Assembly: GCA_965198115.1 (NCBI GenBank)
Contig: OZ240241.1
Location: 2,624,001 to 2,688,000, forward strand
Length of the DNA stretch: 64,000 nt
Direction of reading: 5' to 3'
DNA from: Candidatus Latescibacterota bacterium
GTDB lineage: Bacteria; Latescibacterota; UBA2968
Position numbers and translations under genes: made by a program. This document shows positions 29,654 through 38,940 of the stretch, piece by piece. Within the stretch, counting starts at the first letter, position 1, and every line of letters starts with the position of its first letter. The notes below the pieces were generated by a model. The model had not been told where the DNA came from. It saw only the letters and a list, made by a program, of their open reading frames with translations, and did not search any database.

Positions 29654-31073
29654 CGCTATTCTCCCCCGATCCAAACCCACCACTTTCGCGCGGCCCAACC
29701 CGAGCGGCCGCCCGCCTCTCTCCAGGGGGCCGGGTCTCATCATCCTGCTCCTCGGATTGGTCGCTTTGTGCGCCTCCAGGGCAGACCTCGCCGGCTCGGA
29801 ATGGCACGTTGCCACCCATCCCGTTCCTACAGCTCCGATCCTCACGCTGCAGGAACCCGAATCCGATGATCCCATACCGCCCTCGGAGCCTGCGCTGACC
29901 GAACTTACAGGGATCATCGGTCGGGGAGAAGTCTTTTCAGAAGCACTCAAACGCCAGGGCCTCGGACACGACGCCGTCTTCGAGCTCGTCCTTTCCCTCA
30001 GGAAGGGCATCCATCGCGCCGAGTTCAATCCGAACATCGTCCAGCGAGGCGATCGATACCGTGTCGGCCTCGACACGGCCGGCGTTGTCCAGACCTTCGA
30101 ATTCGTCAAGCGTGGGGCCATCGCGACTCGGTTTGTCGCCGTTCGCGAACAGGGTGAACTCGTCGCACGAAAAGAACAGGCCGTGCTCGATCGCCAGGTC
30201 GTCGTCGTATCGGGCGGTATCGAGGGCACGATCTGGAATGCCATCCGAACCGCGGGTGAGAACCCGGACCTTCTCAGTTCGCGGCTGATCGAGATTTTCG
30301 AATACGACATCGACTTCATGGTCGACTGTCGTCCCGACGACGCATTCGCCGTGGCCGTCGAAAAACTCTACAAAGACGGCGAGTTCGTCCGCTACGGCGA
30401 CGTCCTCGCGGCTCAGTACCGTGCGTCCCGCGACACCTACCACGCTTATCTGTTCGAAACACCCGAGGGCGACCGGGGCTACCACGACGCCGAGGGAAGA
30501 TCGCTGCGTGGCATTTTTCTCAAATCGCCGCTCAATTATCGACGCATCAACTCGGGCTACACGAGTCGACGGTTCCACCCCGTCCTCAAAAAGTATCTCG
30601 CCCACCACGGGATCGACTACGCAGCAGACTACGGCACACCTGTCTGGGCGACCGCCGACGGTGTCGTCGTGTTCTCCGGACGCAAGGGAGCGCTCGGGAC
30701 CTACGTCGAAGTGCAGCACAAGAACGGCTACAAGACCGGCTATGGCCACCTGAGCCGCATTTCCAGAACCATCCGCAAGGGGGCACGGATCAAGCAAAAG
30801 CAGATCGTCGGCTACGTCGGCGCGACGGGGCGGGCAACGGGTCCTCACCTGCACTACAACTTCTACTCGAAGGTCGGTGGCAAACATCGTCTCACGAACC
30901 CCTCCCGCGTCGTGAACCGCCCAACGGGTAAGACCGTTCCCCCGACGCTGCTCGAACGCTTCGCCGCCCATCGCGATCACCTCGACGCGCTCCTCGCGTG
31001 GGAAAGCGGGTCGATCGTGACCGCCCACATCGATCTGTCCATCGATTCCGCCCTCGACTACCCCACCGAATAG
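29547..31073 (+). CDS. M23 family peptidoglycan DD-metalloendopeptidase (start uncertain; the first ~35 codons lie inside the IS)
   Basis: RFHPVLKK..AHHGIDYAA, YGHLSR and TGPHLHY zinc motifs; N-terminal TM segment and OapA/Csd3-like domains. Confidence 0.88.
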   Translation: MCFERSTAREALTYFWNCQTLGVSPAEPGAYQGLVSAILPRSKPTTFARPNPSGRPPLSRGPGLIILLLGLVALCASRADLAGSEWHVATHPVPTAPILTLQEPESDDPIPPSEPALTELTGIIGRGEVFSEALKRQGLGHDAVFELVLSLRKGIHRAEFNPNIVQRGDRYRVGLDTAGVVQTFEFVKRGAIATRFVAVREQGELVARKEQAVLDRQVVVVSGGIEGTIWNAIRTAGENPDLLSSRLIEIFEYDIDFMVDCRPDDAFAVAVEKLYKDGEFVRYGDVLAAQYRASRDTYHAYLFETPEGDRGYHDAEGRSLRGIFLKSPLNYRRINSGYTSRRFHPVLKKYLAHHGIDYAADYGTPVWATADGVVVFSGRKGALGTYVEVQHKNGYKTGYGHLSRISRTIRKGARIKQKQIVGYVGATGRATGPHLHYNFYSKVGGKHRLTNPSRVVNRPTGKTVPPTLLERFAAHRDHLDALLAWESGSIVTAHIDLSIDSALDYPTE

Positions 31074-31075
31074 CG

Positions 31076-31501
31076 ATGACCGAGGACACCTCCTCTTTCT
31101 TCGACCAGATCGACGAACTCGCCCAGGCGCATCCACGCTTCCGGCGCGAGGCCTACCTCTTCATCTACTCTGCCCTCGACCATACCGTGCGCAGCCTCCA
31201 TCGCGATCGTACCGACGCGACGGCAGGACGGCACGTGACCGGACGGGAACTGTGCCTCGGCATCGCCGAATACGGACGTGCGCAATTTGGGCCCCTTGTC
31301 CGAAGCGTTTTCCACCACTGGGGCATCCACACGACCGCGGATTTTGGAGAAATCGTCTTCACCCTCGTCGACCGCGGGCTCATGAGCAAGACCGAAGACG
31401 ACCGTTGCGAGGATTTCGAGCACATCTACGACTTCGATGACGTCTTCGACCCCCGCAGGATCCAGAGCGACCTGCAGGAGCTCGACCTCGAAGCCTTCTG
31501 A
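31076..31501 (+). CDS. Minf_1886 / Verruco-Plancto conserved hypothetical protein (TIGR04138-like)
   Basis: REAYLF..SALD, HVTGRELC, FGPL..VFHHWGI.TTADFGEIVF and D..EDF..YDF. Confidence 0.8.
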   Translation: MTEDTSSFFDQIDELAQAHPRFRREAYLFIYSALDHTVRSLHRDRTDATAGRHVTGRELCLGIAEYGRAQFGPLVRSVFHHWGIHTTADFGEIVFTLVDRGLMSKTEDDRCEDFEHIYDFDDVFDPRRIQSDLQELDLEAF

Positions 31502-31504
31502 CCG

Positions 31505-32647
31505 ATGATCGCCTACTTCGACTGCTTCGCCGGCATCAGCGGAGACATGGTCCTCGGGGCCCTTGTCGACGCGGGCCTGCCCATCGACACCCTCCGTTCC
31601 GGCCTCGACCGACTCAACCTACCCGGCGAGTTCACCCTCACCGCACGAAAGGTCGAAAAGCACGGCATCGCCGCGACGAAGGTCGACGTCGACGCCCACG
31701 AGGGACACGTTCACCGACACCTCGGCGACATTCTGACGATCCTCGACGAGAGCGATCTCGACCCGGCGACCGCCGAGCGGGCTAGCGCCGTCTTTCGAAC
31801 GCTTGCCGAAGCCGAGGCCCGGGTCCACGGCACGACGCCGGAAAGCGTGCACTTCCACGAGGTCGGCGCGGTCGACGCCATCGTCGACATCGTCGGCGCC
31901 ATCGTCGGCCTCGACCTCCTCGGAGTCGACGAAGTCCACGCCAGCGCACTTTCCGTCGGCACGGGTGTGACCCGCAGCGCACACGGCCGAATCCCGATCC
32001 CCGTTCCCGCCGTCGTCGCCATGTGCGAAGGCGTGCCGCTCAGACGAACCGGCATCGAACGGGAACTCGTCACGCCCACCGGAGCCGCCCTCGTCACGAC
32101 ACTCGCGTCCTCCATTGGGCGCCCTCGCTCGCTCGTTTCTGCTAAGACAGGATACGGCGCCGGCACGCGGGACCTCGACGAAGTGCCGAACCTGCTACGC
32201 GTCGAAATCGCCGAATCCCCCCTCTCGAGGGACCGGGTCGCCATCATCGAGGCCACGATCGACGACATGTCGCCCGAAGCGTTCGGGTATCTCACCGAAC
32301 GCGTGCTCGCGGAAAGGGCGCGCGACGTCTACCTGACACCGGTCTACATGAAGAAGGGGCGACCGGGCACGCACATCACGATCCTCTGCGACGAAACGGA
32401 ATCCGAAAGGATCGGACGGATCCTGCTGGCCGAATCCACCACCTTGGGCTACAGGGTCACCGTGGCCGATCGGGTTGTCCTGCCCCGTCGCGAAGAGACC
32501 GTCGACACACCGTTCGGACCCGTTCGAGTCAAGTGGTCCGAGGTGGACGGCCGGGAACGATGCGCACCCGAGTACGAAGACTGCGCCCGAATCGCCCGGG
32601 AAAAGTCCGTCCCCCTCCTCGACGTCTACCGAGCAGCTCAGCGGTAG
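31505..32647 (+). CDS. larC: Nickel pincer cofactor biosynthesis protein LarC
   Basis: YFDCFAGISGDM, His-rich loop, VHFHEVGAVDAIVDI, ELVTPTGAA, MKKGRPG and PEYEDC. Confidence 0.93.
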   Translation: MIAYFDCFAGISGDMVLGALVDAGLPIDTLRSGLDRLNLPGEFTLTARKVEKHGIAATKVDVDAHEGHVHRHLGDILTILDESDLDPATAERASAVFRTLAEAEARVHGTTPESVHFHEVGAVDAIVDIVGAIVGLDLLGVDEVHASALSVGTGVTRSAHGRIPIPVPAVVAMCEGVPLRRTGIERELVTPTGAALVTTLASSIGRPRSLVSAKTGYGAGTRDLDEVPNLLRVEIAESPLSRDRVAIIEATIDDMSPEAFGYLTERVLAERARDVYLTPVYMKKGRPGTHITILCDETESERIGRILLAESTTLGYRVTVADRVVLPRREETVDTPFGPVRVKWSEVDGRERCAPEYEDCARIAREKSVPLLDVYRAAQR

Positions 32648-32684
32648 AAACAAAAAAACGGGCGCTGGCTCCTCGCCAGCGCCC
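32648..32684 (-). terminator. Intrinsic terminator for the glnA operon
   Basis: GGGCGCTGGC-N5-GCCAGCGCCC preceded by an A7 run (U-tract on the minus strand). Confidence 0.75.
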
Positions 32685-32704
32685 TCTGCATACGCCCAGG
32701 TTTA

Positions 32705-32935
32705 TCAGACCTCGGATTCGAGAATACGTAGCAACTCTTCCATGCTGGCGACCCCTTCGTGCACCTCTTCAACGCCGTCATCGAGGTCGTCCGCGAACAC
32801 GAACCACTCCAGATCTTTCAAGAACTTCAGGCAGTGCCAGATGCCCGTGCGCTCGAAGTCCTCGGAGCAAAGCTCTCTGGGTATCGGACAACCATTGTAG
32901 AGCCCCCGAGGGCAGGGCCGTTTCTTCTTTGCCAT
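32705..32935 (-). CDS. Small Cys-rich hypothetical protein co-transcribed with glnA
   Basis: ATG 3 bp after the glnA stop; 76 aa with four Cys and an acidic C-terminus; followed by the terminator. Confidence 0.7.
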   Translation of the reverse strand: MAKKKRPCPRGLYNGCPIPRELCSEDFERTGIWHCLKFLKDLEWFVFADDLDDGVEEVHEGVASMEELLRILESEV

Positions 32936-32938
32936 GAC

Positions 32939-34279
32939 TCAGAGCAGTTTCAGGTCGCGATCCAGTTCGTAGCCCGTCACTTGCGCCCGGTAGTTCGACC
33001 ACTCGATCTTCTTGTTCTCGATGAACTTGCCGAACACGTGGTCACCCAGGGCCCGGCGCAGCAGCTCGCTGCCTTCGGCAAGATCGATAGCCTGAGACAG
33101 ATCCTGGGGCAACATCGAGATCTTCAGCTTCGCCCGCTCGGCCACTGTCAGTGAGTGCGCATCTACCTCGACCGTCGCGGGCAGCTTACGTCGCTTTTCG
33201 ATCCCGTCCAGACCCGCGGCCAGCATGACGGCGAACGCGAGGTAAGGATTGCACGCTGGATCGGGTGAGCGGTACTCCACGCGAACGGCGCTCTCCTTGC
33301 CCGGCTTGTAGGCGGGCACACGGACCAGGTCCGACCGGTTGACCGAAGCCCACGTCGTGTAGACCGGCGCCTCGTAGCCCGGAACGAGGCGTTTGTACGA
33401 ATTGACCCACTGGTTCGTCACGAGGGTCATGTCCGGAGCGTGCTCCAGCAATCCAGCCATGTAGTATTTGGCCGTGCGCGAGAGATGAATCGGGTCGCGG
33501 GCGTTGTAGAACGCGTTCCGCTCCCCCTTGAACAAAGACATGTGCGTGTGCATGCCGTTTCCGTTCACACCATAAATCGGTTTTGGCATGAACGTTGCCC
33601 AGACGTCGTTCTTGAGGGCAATCTCTTTGACCACGAGGCGGTAGGTCATCGCGCTGTCCGCCATCGTCAGCGCGTCTGTGTAGAGAAGGTCGATTTCGTG
33701 CTGGCTCGGGGCGCCTTCGTGATGACTCGACGACACCTCGATGCCCATCTGTTCGAGCGTCAGGACCGTCTCGCGCCGAAGATCGCTCGCCACGTCAAGA
33801 GGCGTCTGATCGAAGTATCCGCCCTCGTCCAGACCTTCGAGCGGGGGTTCGGGTCGCCTGAAGTAGAAGTATTCCAATTCTGGACTGACGTAGAACGTGT
33901 AGCCCAGGTCGGCGGCTTTTTTGAGGTTCCGTTTGAGGACCTGGCGAGGATCCCCACGGTAGGGACGCCCACTGGGCTCGAGGATGTCGCAAAACATGCG
34001 AGCGACCGCTTGATCGCCCTGCGGCCTGAATGGCAGGATCTGGAAAGTGCTGGGATCCGGCATAGCGATCATGTCGCTCTCGTCGATGCGGGCAAAGCCC
34101 TCGACCGACGACCCATCGAACCCGACCCCTTCGTCGAGGGCCTCGTCGAGCTGGTCGACGGGAATGGCCACGCTCTTCAGGAATCCCAAAATGTCCGTGA
34201 ACCACAGCCGTATGAACTTGACCTGGCGGTCTTTGGCCGCGTTCAGCACGTATTCTTTGTTTCCTTCAGTTATTGCCAT
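32939..34279 (-). CDS. glnA: Glutamine synthetase type I (GSI-alpha-like)
   Basis: FDGSSVEGF.RIDESDM, HHEGAPSQHEI, ATFMPKP, NGNGMHTH, NSYKRLVPGYEAP and EYRSPDPACNPYL. Confidence 0.96.
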   Translation of the reverse strand: MAITEGNKEYVLNAAKDRQVKFIRLWFTDILGFLKSVAIPVDQLDEALDEGVGFDGSSVEGFARIDESDMIAMPDPSTFQILPFRPQGDQAVARMFCDILEPSGRPYRGDPRQVLKRNLKKAADLGYTFYVSPELEYFYFRRPEPPLEGLDEGGYFDQTPLDVASDLRRETVLTLEQMGIEVSSSHHEGAPSQHEIDLLYTDALTMADSAMTYRLVVKEIALKNDVWATFMPKPIYGVNGNGMHTHMSLFKGERNAFYNARDPIHLSRTAKYYMAGLLEHAPDMTLVTNQWVNSYKRLVPGYEAPVYTTWASVNRSDLVRVPAYKPGKESAVRVEYRSPDPACNPYLAFAVMLAAGLDGIEKRRKLPATVEVDAHSLTVAERAKLKISMLPQDLSQAIDLAEGSELLRRALGDHVFGKFIENKKIEWSNYRAQVTGYELDRDLKLL

Positions 34280-34396
34280 TGATCTGCTTGTTTATCAACT
34301 GTTTAGAACGAGGTTTCGTGGCCCGCAGACTCAGATGGCGTAACATACGCACCGATTGTTTCTCGAATGTTTCCGGGAGATTAAATGCAAAAAGAA

Positions 34397-34431
34397 AGAA
34401 GGGTCTCGGAGACACGCTCCGAGACCCTTTT
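34397..34431. terminator. Intrinsic terminator after hup
   Basis: AAGGGTCTCGGAG-N5-CTCCGAGACCCTT flanked by A and T runs. Confidence 0.75.
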
Positions 34432-34453
34432 GAAGACACTCAAGACCGACCGG

Positions 34454-34729
34454 CTACTGCACGGCGTCTTTCAACCCCTTGCCTGCCTTGAAGCGAACCG
34501 TCTTGCTGGCCGCAATCTGAATGACGGCGCCCGTTTGAGGGTTCCGTCCTTGGCGGGCAGCCCGACTCCCGACAGAGAAGGTGCCGAATCCAGCGATCGT
34601 CACACGCTCACCTTTGCTGAGCGCACCCGTGATTTGACTCAACACACTGTCTACGGCCGCGCCGGCATCCTTGGACGTCAGACCTGCTGAGCTAGCGACG
34701 GCGGAGATCAGTTCGGCTTTGTTCGGCAT
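34454..34729 (-). CDS. hup: DNA-binding protein HU
   Basis: [23 protein letters not shown] and [11 protein letters not shown]. Confidence 0.96.
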   Translation of the reverse strand: MPNKAELISAVASSAGLTSKDAGAAVDSVLSQITGALSKGERVTIAGFGTFSVGSRAARQGRNPQTGAVIQIAASKTVRFKAGKGLKDAVQ

Positions 34730-34783
34730 GGTTTCACCCCCTTTCGAAGAGCTTGTAATGCGTCAAAACACACGTGTCGAGGT

Positions 34784-35299
34784 ATGTCCCACCTACGAGG
34801 TCTTACCGTGATACAAAACCTGACCCGGAACGCCGCTTCTATCGCGGTTGTCGCTGTCGCAACGCTGATCGTCCGGATACCGGTGCCGGCAACACAGGGG
34901 TATGTCAACCTCGGTGATGCCGCCATCATCGTCTGTGCACTGCTGTGGGGACCGCGATCGGGGGCGTTCGCAGGAGGAGTCGGGTCGGCCCTGGCCGACC
35001 TAATGGGCGGCTACGCGCACTGGGCGCCCTTTACACTTCTCATCAAGGGGATCGAAGGCTTCGTCGTCGGATTCCTCGGCACGGGAAACCCGAGTGCGAT
35101 CAGGACCTTCGTAGCCGCCACAGCGGGGGGAGCCGTGATGGTGGCAGGCTACTTTGCCACAGAAACCGGGCTGTATGGTTGGCAACCCGCGTTGGTGGCA
35201 GCCTGGGCCAACGGAATCCAGGGCCTGGCGGGCGTGATCGTCGGAACGGGCGCGACGGTCCTGCTAAAACGTAGAGAACGCCGATCCGACCCAACTTGA
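34784..35299 (+). CDS. ECF transporter S component (solitary)
   Basis: RIPVPATQGYVNLGD, GGVGSALADL.GGY..WAPFTLLIKG; about six TM helices. Alternative GTG at 34808. Confidence 0.88.
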   Translation: MSHLRGLTVIQNLTRNAASIAVVAVATLIVRIPVPATQGYVNLGDAAIIVCALLWGPRSGAFAGGVGSALADLMGGYAHWAPFTLLIKGIEGFVVGFLGTGNPSAIRTFVAATAGGAVMVAGYFATETGLYGWQPALVAAWANGIQGLAGVIVGTGATVLLKRRERRSDPT

Positions 35300-35354
35300 C
35301 GGGAATATAGGGTCAACCCGGGGGACGGTCAACTGGCGTTCTGAAATACGGGAG

Positions 35355-35825
35355 CTACGAAACCTGCGGTGAGGGCTGGGAATCCTGCTGCAAGAGGTCC
35401 CAGACGGCCCGAGGCGACGGACACCGGGGCAGCTGCTGCCGCACGGTCTGTTGACGGAGAAGCCGCGCCAACTCCGCAATCGTCTGGAGGTAGGCCTGAT
35501 CGTGTTTTTCCGGCCATCCAACCAGGACCAGAATGTTTACCCTCCGCCCGTCGTCCCAGTCTACGCCCGCCTCCGAAACCCCCATACCCACGACGGGCTC
35601 CAGAATACAGGCGTCCCTGCAGTGCGGAAGGGCCACACCGTGATCGACACCACTGCCAAGGTGGGATTCCTGGCGGAAAACCGCGGACAGAAAGCGACGG
35701 AGATCGGGAACACCCGGATGACCCTCGAAATGCGATGCAACCTCCCGGATCGCAGACTTCTTTCGCTCCGTCGTCAACGGGGCAACAATCCGGTCCGGGG
35801 TCAATAACTGCAGGAGTCTGGCCAT
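35355..35825 (-). CDS. PTS EIIA (Ntr/Fru-type) domain protein
   Basis: FLSAVFRQE..GSGVDHGVALPHCR retains the phospho-acceptor His; YLQTIAELARLL. Confidence 0.88.
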   Translation of the reverse strand: MARLLQLLTPDRIVAPLTTERKKSAIREVASHFEGHPGVPDLRRFLSAVFRQESHLGSGVDHGVALPHCRDACILEPVVGMGVSEAGVDWDDGRRVNILVLVGWPEKHDQAYLQTIAELARLLRQQTVRQQLPRCPSPRAVWDLLQQDSQPSPQVS

Positions 35826-35867
35826 CGCCGTCCTTGGTCCGGCTCTCGCTCGACGCTGGAGTCGCGC

Positions 35868-36722
35868 TTATGCCGGTTCCATCAAAGGCTCGAGGAGCGC
35901 GGCTCGGCGTGGATGCCGGAGCCGACTCAGCGCCTTCTCTTTGATCTGTCTGATCCGCTCGCGCGTCAGGTTGAAACGCACGCCGATCTCTTCCAGCGTC
36001 ATCGGCTCGTCGTCGCCACCCAGCCCGAAGTAGAGCCGCAGTACTTCCTGCTCGCGATCGCCGAGGGACTCGAGCACCTCTTCGACCTGCGTCTTGACGG
36101 AGTCCTCTACGACCTCCGTGTCGGGTGCCTGAAGCGTCGGATCGGGCAGAACGTTCAGTAACGAATGATCGTCGTCCTCCTTGAACGTCGCGTCGAGCGA
36201 CCAGACGTCTCTCGCCCGCATGAGCGTGTCCTTTACCATCTCCTCCGACACACCCAGCTCCTTCGCGATCACTTCGGGTTCAGGCTCAGCCTCGGTCGTC
36301 TGACGCAGCTCGCGTGAGACCTTGGAAATGTTGTGGAGGAGATCGATCCGATTGATCGGTAGCCTGACCACGCGAGAATCCTGGGCGAGGCTCTGGTGGA
36401 TGGCTTGTCGAATCCACCAGACCGCATACGAAATGAACTTGAATCCCCGGTTCCCGTCAAATCGTTCTGCGGCCGTCATCAAACCGACGTTTCCAGCGCT
36501 TATCAGGTCGGAAAGAGGCACACCGTGGTTCTGATACTCCCTGGCAACACTCACGACAAACCGCAGGTTGGCTTGAACAAGCTCGTCGCGCGCCCTCTGG
36601 TTGCCCTTTCGGATCCGGCGGGCCAGTTCGACTTCCTCCTGGCCCGAGAGGGGCTCTGAACCCGAAATGTCCCGCAAGTAGAGATCGAGCGATTCGCTGT
36701 CCTGAATGGTAATGCTGGCCAA
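35868..36722 (-). CDS. RNA polymerase sigma factor, RpoD/SigA family lacking region 1.1 (Bacteroidota-type)
   Basis: SLDLYLRDI, ANLRFVVSVA, DLISAGNVGL, FKFISYAVWWIRQ, and TLEEIG..LTRERIRQIKEKAL; AGGAGG RBS before the TTG start. Confidence 0.93.
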   Translation of the reverse strand: MASITIQDSESLDLYLRDISGSEPLSGQEEVELARRIRKGNQRARDELVQANLRFVVSVAREYQNHGVPLSDLISAGNVGLMTAAERFDGNRGFKFISYAVWWIRQAIHQSLAQDSRVVRLPINRIDLLHNISKVSRELRQTTEAEPEPEVIAKELGVSEEMVKDTLMRARDVWSLDATFKEDDDHSLLNVLPDPTLQAPDTEVVEDSVKTQVEEVLESLGDREQEVLRLYFGLGGDDEPMTLEEIGVRFNLTRERIRQIKEKALSRLRHPRRAALLEPLMEPA

Positions 36723-36765
36723 AGCTGAAACCTCCTGAGTACCGTCCTGACGTTAGCCGTGTCTT

Positions 36766-37297
36766 TCAGGCCAACATCCCGTCACGGTGATTTGAGTTGA
36801 TCACGTGCTCATACATCGCTTCCGGCGTCGAACTGGCCACGAGGCCCGCTCTCAAGTCCGGGTCGGCGAAGCGGTGCGTCATCGCCGAAAGAAAGGGCAG
36901 ATACGATTCGGATTCCGTGTGTGGGAATGGCGAAAAGACAGATCAGGTGGACAACTCGCGGCTCTGCGACCGAACCGAGGTTGATGCCCTCGCGAGACAA
37001 TCCGACCGCGGCCCCCAGTCGTCGCACGGATCGACTCCGCGCGTGGGGAAACGCCACACCCGAATCGACGACCGTGCTCTGAAGATCTTCGCGTTCCAAA
37101 ACGGCTTGTAGAAAACCGAGACTGTCGTCCACCCATCCAGTTTCGTGCATCGGATCGACCAGCTCCTTGATCGCGCCCATGCGGTCCATTGACACGAGAT
37201 CGGGCACCATCAGTCGCGGGTCGACCCAGGCGCGCAAACCGTCGCTGGTGACCTCGGTCCGCGTCAGGTAGACTGGAGAATGTTCTAGATAGTGCAA
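36766..37297 (-). CDS. PTS EIIA (Ntr/Fru-type) domain protein (frameshift near 36915; start uncertain)
   Basis: FLQAVLERE...STVVDSGVAFPHARS retains the His. After AIPTH the shifted frame reads SESYLPFLSAMTHRFADPDLRAGL...* ending at 36766. Confidence 0.82.
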
Positions 37298-37419
37298 AAT
37301 TTGCGCTTTTGGGATGGGCGTGAGAGAAGTGGCGTCACGAATTCCACTGGTTTCGTGTCGAATCGGGCTGACTGAATAGGGTGGGGATTCGGGGCCGGAC
37401 CCGGTTCTCTACCACTCTC

Positions 37420-37434
37420 GCAAGTTTGGTGCCA
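37420..37434 (-). promoter_or_regulatory. sigma54 (-24/-12) promoter
   Basis: TGGCAC-CAAAC-TTGC on the minus strand with exact consensus spacing. Confidence 0.82.
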
Positions 37435-37453
37435 CGGATTGGACATATGCTCA

Positions 37454-37466
37454 TAAGTTATTGATA
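37454..37466 (-). promoter_or_regulatory. IHF-binding site
   Basis: TATCAATAACTTA matches WATCAANNNNTTR and lies between the sigma54 promoter and the UAS. Confidence 0.72.
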
Positions 37467-37533
37467 GATATAAAAATATCTCTTAGGGGCCCGATTTCAG
37501 CAGGTCCAGAAGAGGTCTCGATTCCTTCGGATC

Positions 37534-37580
37534 GTGCAAATTTTGCACCCTCCGAACAGAGTTCTTGCGCAATTATTGCA
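37534..37580. promoter_or_regulatory. Tandem palindromic upstream activator sites
   Basis: GTGCAAATTTTGCAC (37534-37548) and GCAATTATTGC (37569-37579) have cores 33 bp apart; a third copy GCAAAATTTGC is at 37294-37304. Confidence 0.7.
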
Positions 37581-37581
37581 T

Positions 37582-38940
37582 CTAATGGTCACTCTTCATT
37601 TTTTTAAGTTTGTATTGTAGACTTCGAACGCTGATCCCCAGAATCTCTGCGGCCTCCTTCCGGTTAGACGTCACGTGCTCGAGTGTCTCCTCGATCAGTC
37701 GACGCTCCATCTCCGCGATCGAGCTGCCGAGTTGTAGGGTCATCACGTCGGACTGCGGAGTTGCCGGCCGAATGTGGGACGGCAAACCCTCTGAACCCAC
37801 TTCCCGATCCTGACTCGTCACGACAAGACGCTCGATGGCGTTCTTCAGTTCACGCACGTTCCCCGGCCAGCCGTATTCGAGCATCTGTTGTGTCGCCTGT
37901 TCAGTCAAATGCTTGCGTGCTTTGTGATGCAATGCACAGAGCTGATCGAGAAAGGTCTCGATCAGAAAGGGCAGATCTTCCCTGCGGTCTCTGAGCGGGG
38001 GAATCCGAATCGGCACCACGTTGATCCGGTAATAGAGATCTTCACGAAATCGACCCTGCTCGACTTCGTGTTCAAGATCCCGGTTGGTGGCAAAGATGAT
38101 TCGTGCATCGAGCGACACAGACTTCGTCGACCCGACCGGCGTGAACGACCGCTCTTCCAGCACACGCAGCAGATCGACCTGATTGGGCAGGGGGATCTCG
38201 CCCACCTCGTCCAGGAACAACGTGCCTCTGTCTGCTTCGCCCAGGATCCCCCTCCTGTCCGCCACCGCACCCGTGAAGGCTCCTCGGACGTGACCGAACA
38301 ACTCGGCCGCGAACAGGGACTCGGGTATGGCACCACAGTTGGTCGGAACAAGGGGGCCGCCCGAGCGGCGTGATCGTTGATGGATGGCACGGGCGACCAA
38401 CTCCTTGCCCGTCCCCGTTTCGCCGTGCACGAGCACCGGGACGTCGGTCATCGCCGCCTGCTCGATCGTATCGCAGACCTCCTGCATGACCGAACTGCGT
38501 CGGACGATCACATCCAGCGCATCTCCCGAATCGAGGCGCGCGCGTAGCTCTTTGTTCTCCTCGACAAGAGCCTGGTGCTCCAAAAGACGACTGAGTGAGA
38601 GCCTGAGCCGCTTGATATCCACGGGCTTCGTTAAGAAATCGAAAGCTCCCAGCCGCATTGCGTCGACGGCTGTGGAAATCTCACCATACGCCGTAATCAT
38701 GATCACCCCGGTCTCGGGGGACCGTTCCACCACCCTCTTCAGCAGAGACAGACCGTCGACACCGGGCATGCGCAGGTCGAGGATGGCGGCGCTGTAGGTG
38801 CGCCGATCGAGCAGGTTCGTGGCCTCTCGTCCGTCGTGGGCGACCTCGACGCGATGGCCCTCCCTCTCGAGGCTTTCACGTAGCCCCTGGCAGATGTGAT
38901 ACTCGTCGTCGGCGATCAGGATGGGAGCGTCACCTGCCAC
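37582..38940 (-). CDS. sigma54-dependent response regulator (NtrC/AtoC family: REC-AAA+-Fis HTH)
   Basis: ILIADDE, LDLRMPG, GETGTGKE, ELFGH..GAFTGA, FLDEVGE, FREDLYYR, WPGNVREL and AAEILGIS. The GTG start overlaps the kinase stop. Confidence 0.95.
   Translation of the reverse strand: MAGDAPILIADDEYHICQGLRESLEREGHRVEVAHDGREATNLLDRRTYSAAILDLRMPGVDGLSLLKRVVERSPETGVIMITAYGEISTAVDAMRLGAFDFLTKPVDIKRLRLSLSRLLEHQALVEENKELRARLDSGDALDVIVRRSSVMQEVCDTIEQAAMTDVPVLVHGETGTGKELVARAIHQRSRRSGGPLVPTNCGAIPESLFAAELFGHVRGAFTGAVADRRGILGEADRGTLFLDEVGEIPLPNQVDLLRVLEERSFTPVGSTKSVSLDARIIFATNRDLEHEVEQGRFREDLYYRINVVPIRIPPLRDRREDLPFLIETFLDQLCALHHKARKHLTEQATQQMLEYGWPGNVRELKNAIERLVVTSQDREVGSEGLPSHIRPATPQSDVMTLQLGSSIAEMERRLIEETLEHVTSNRKEAAEILGISVRSLQYKLKKMKSDH

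Noticed and set aside
34280-34400. Glutamine riboswitch or GlnR/TnrA box upstream of glnA
   Set aside because: No convincing match to the glnA RNA motif or to TGTNA-N7-TNACA.
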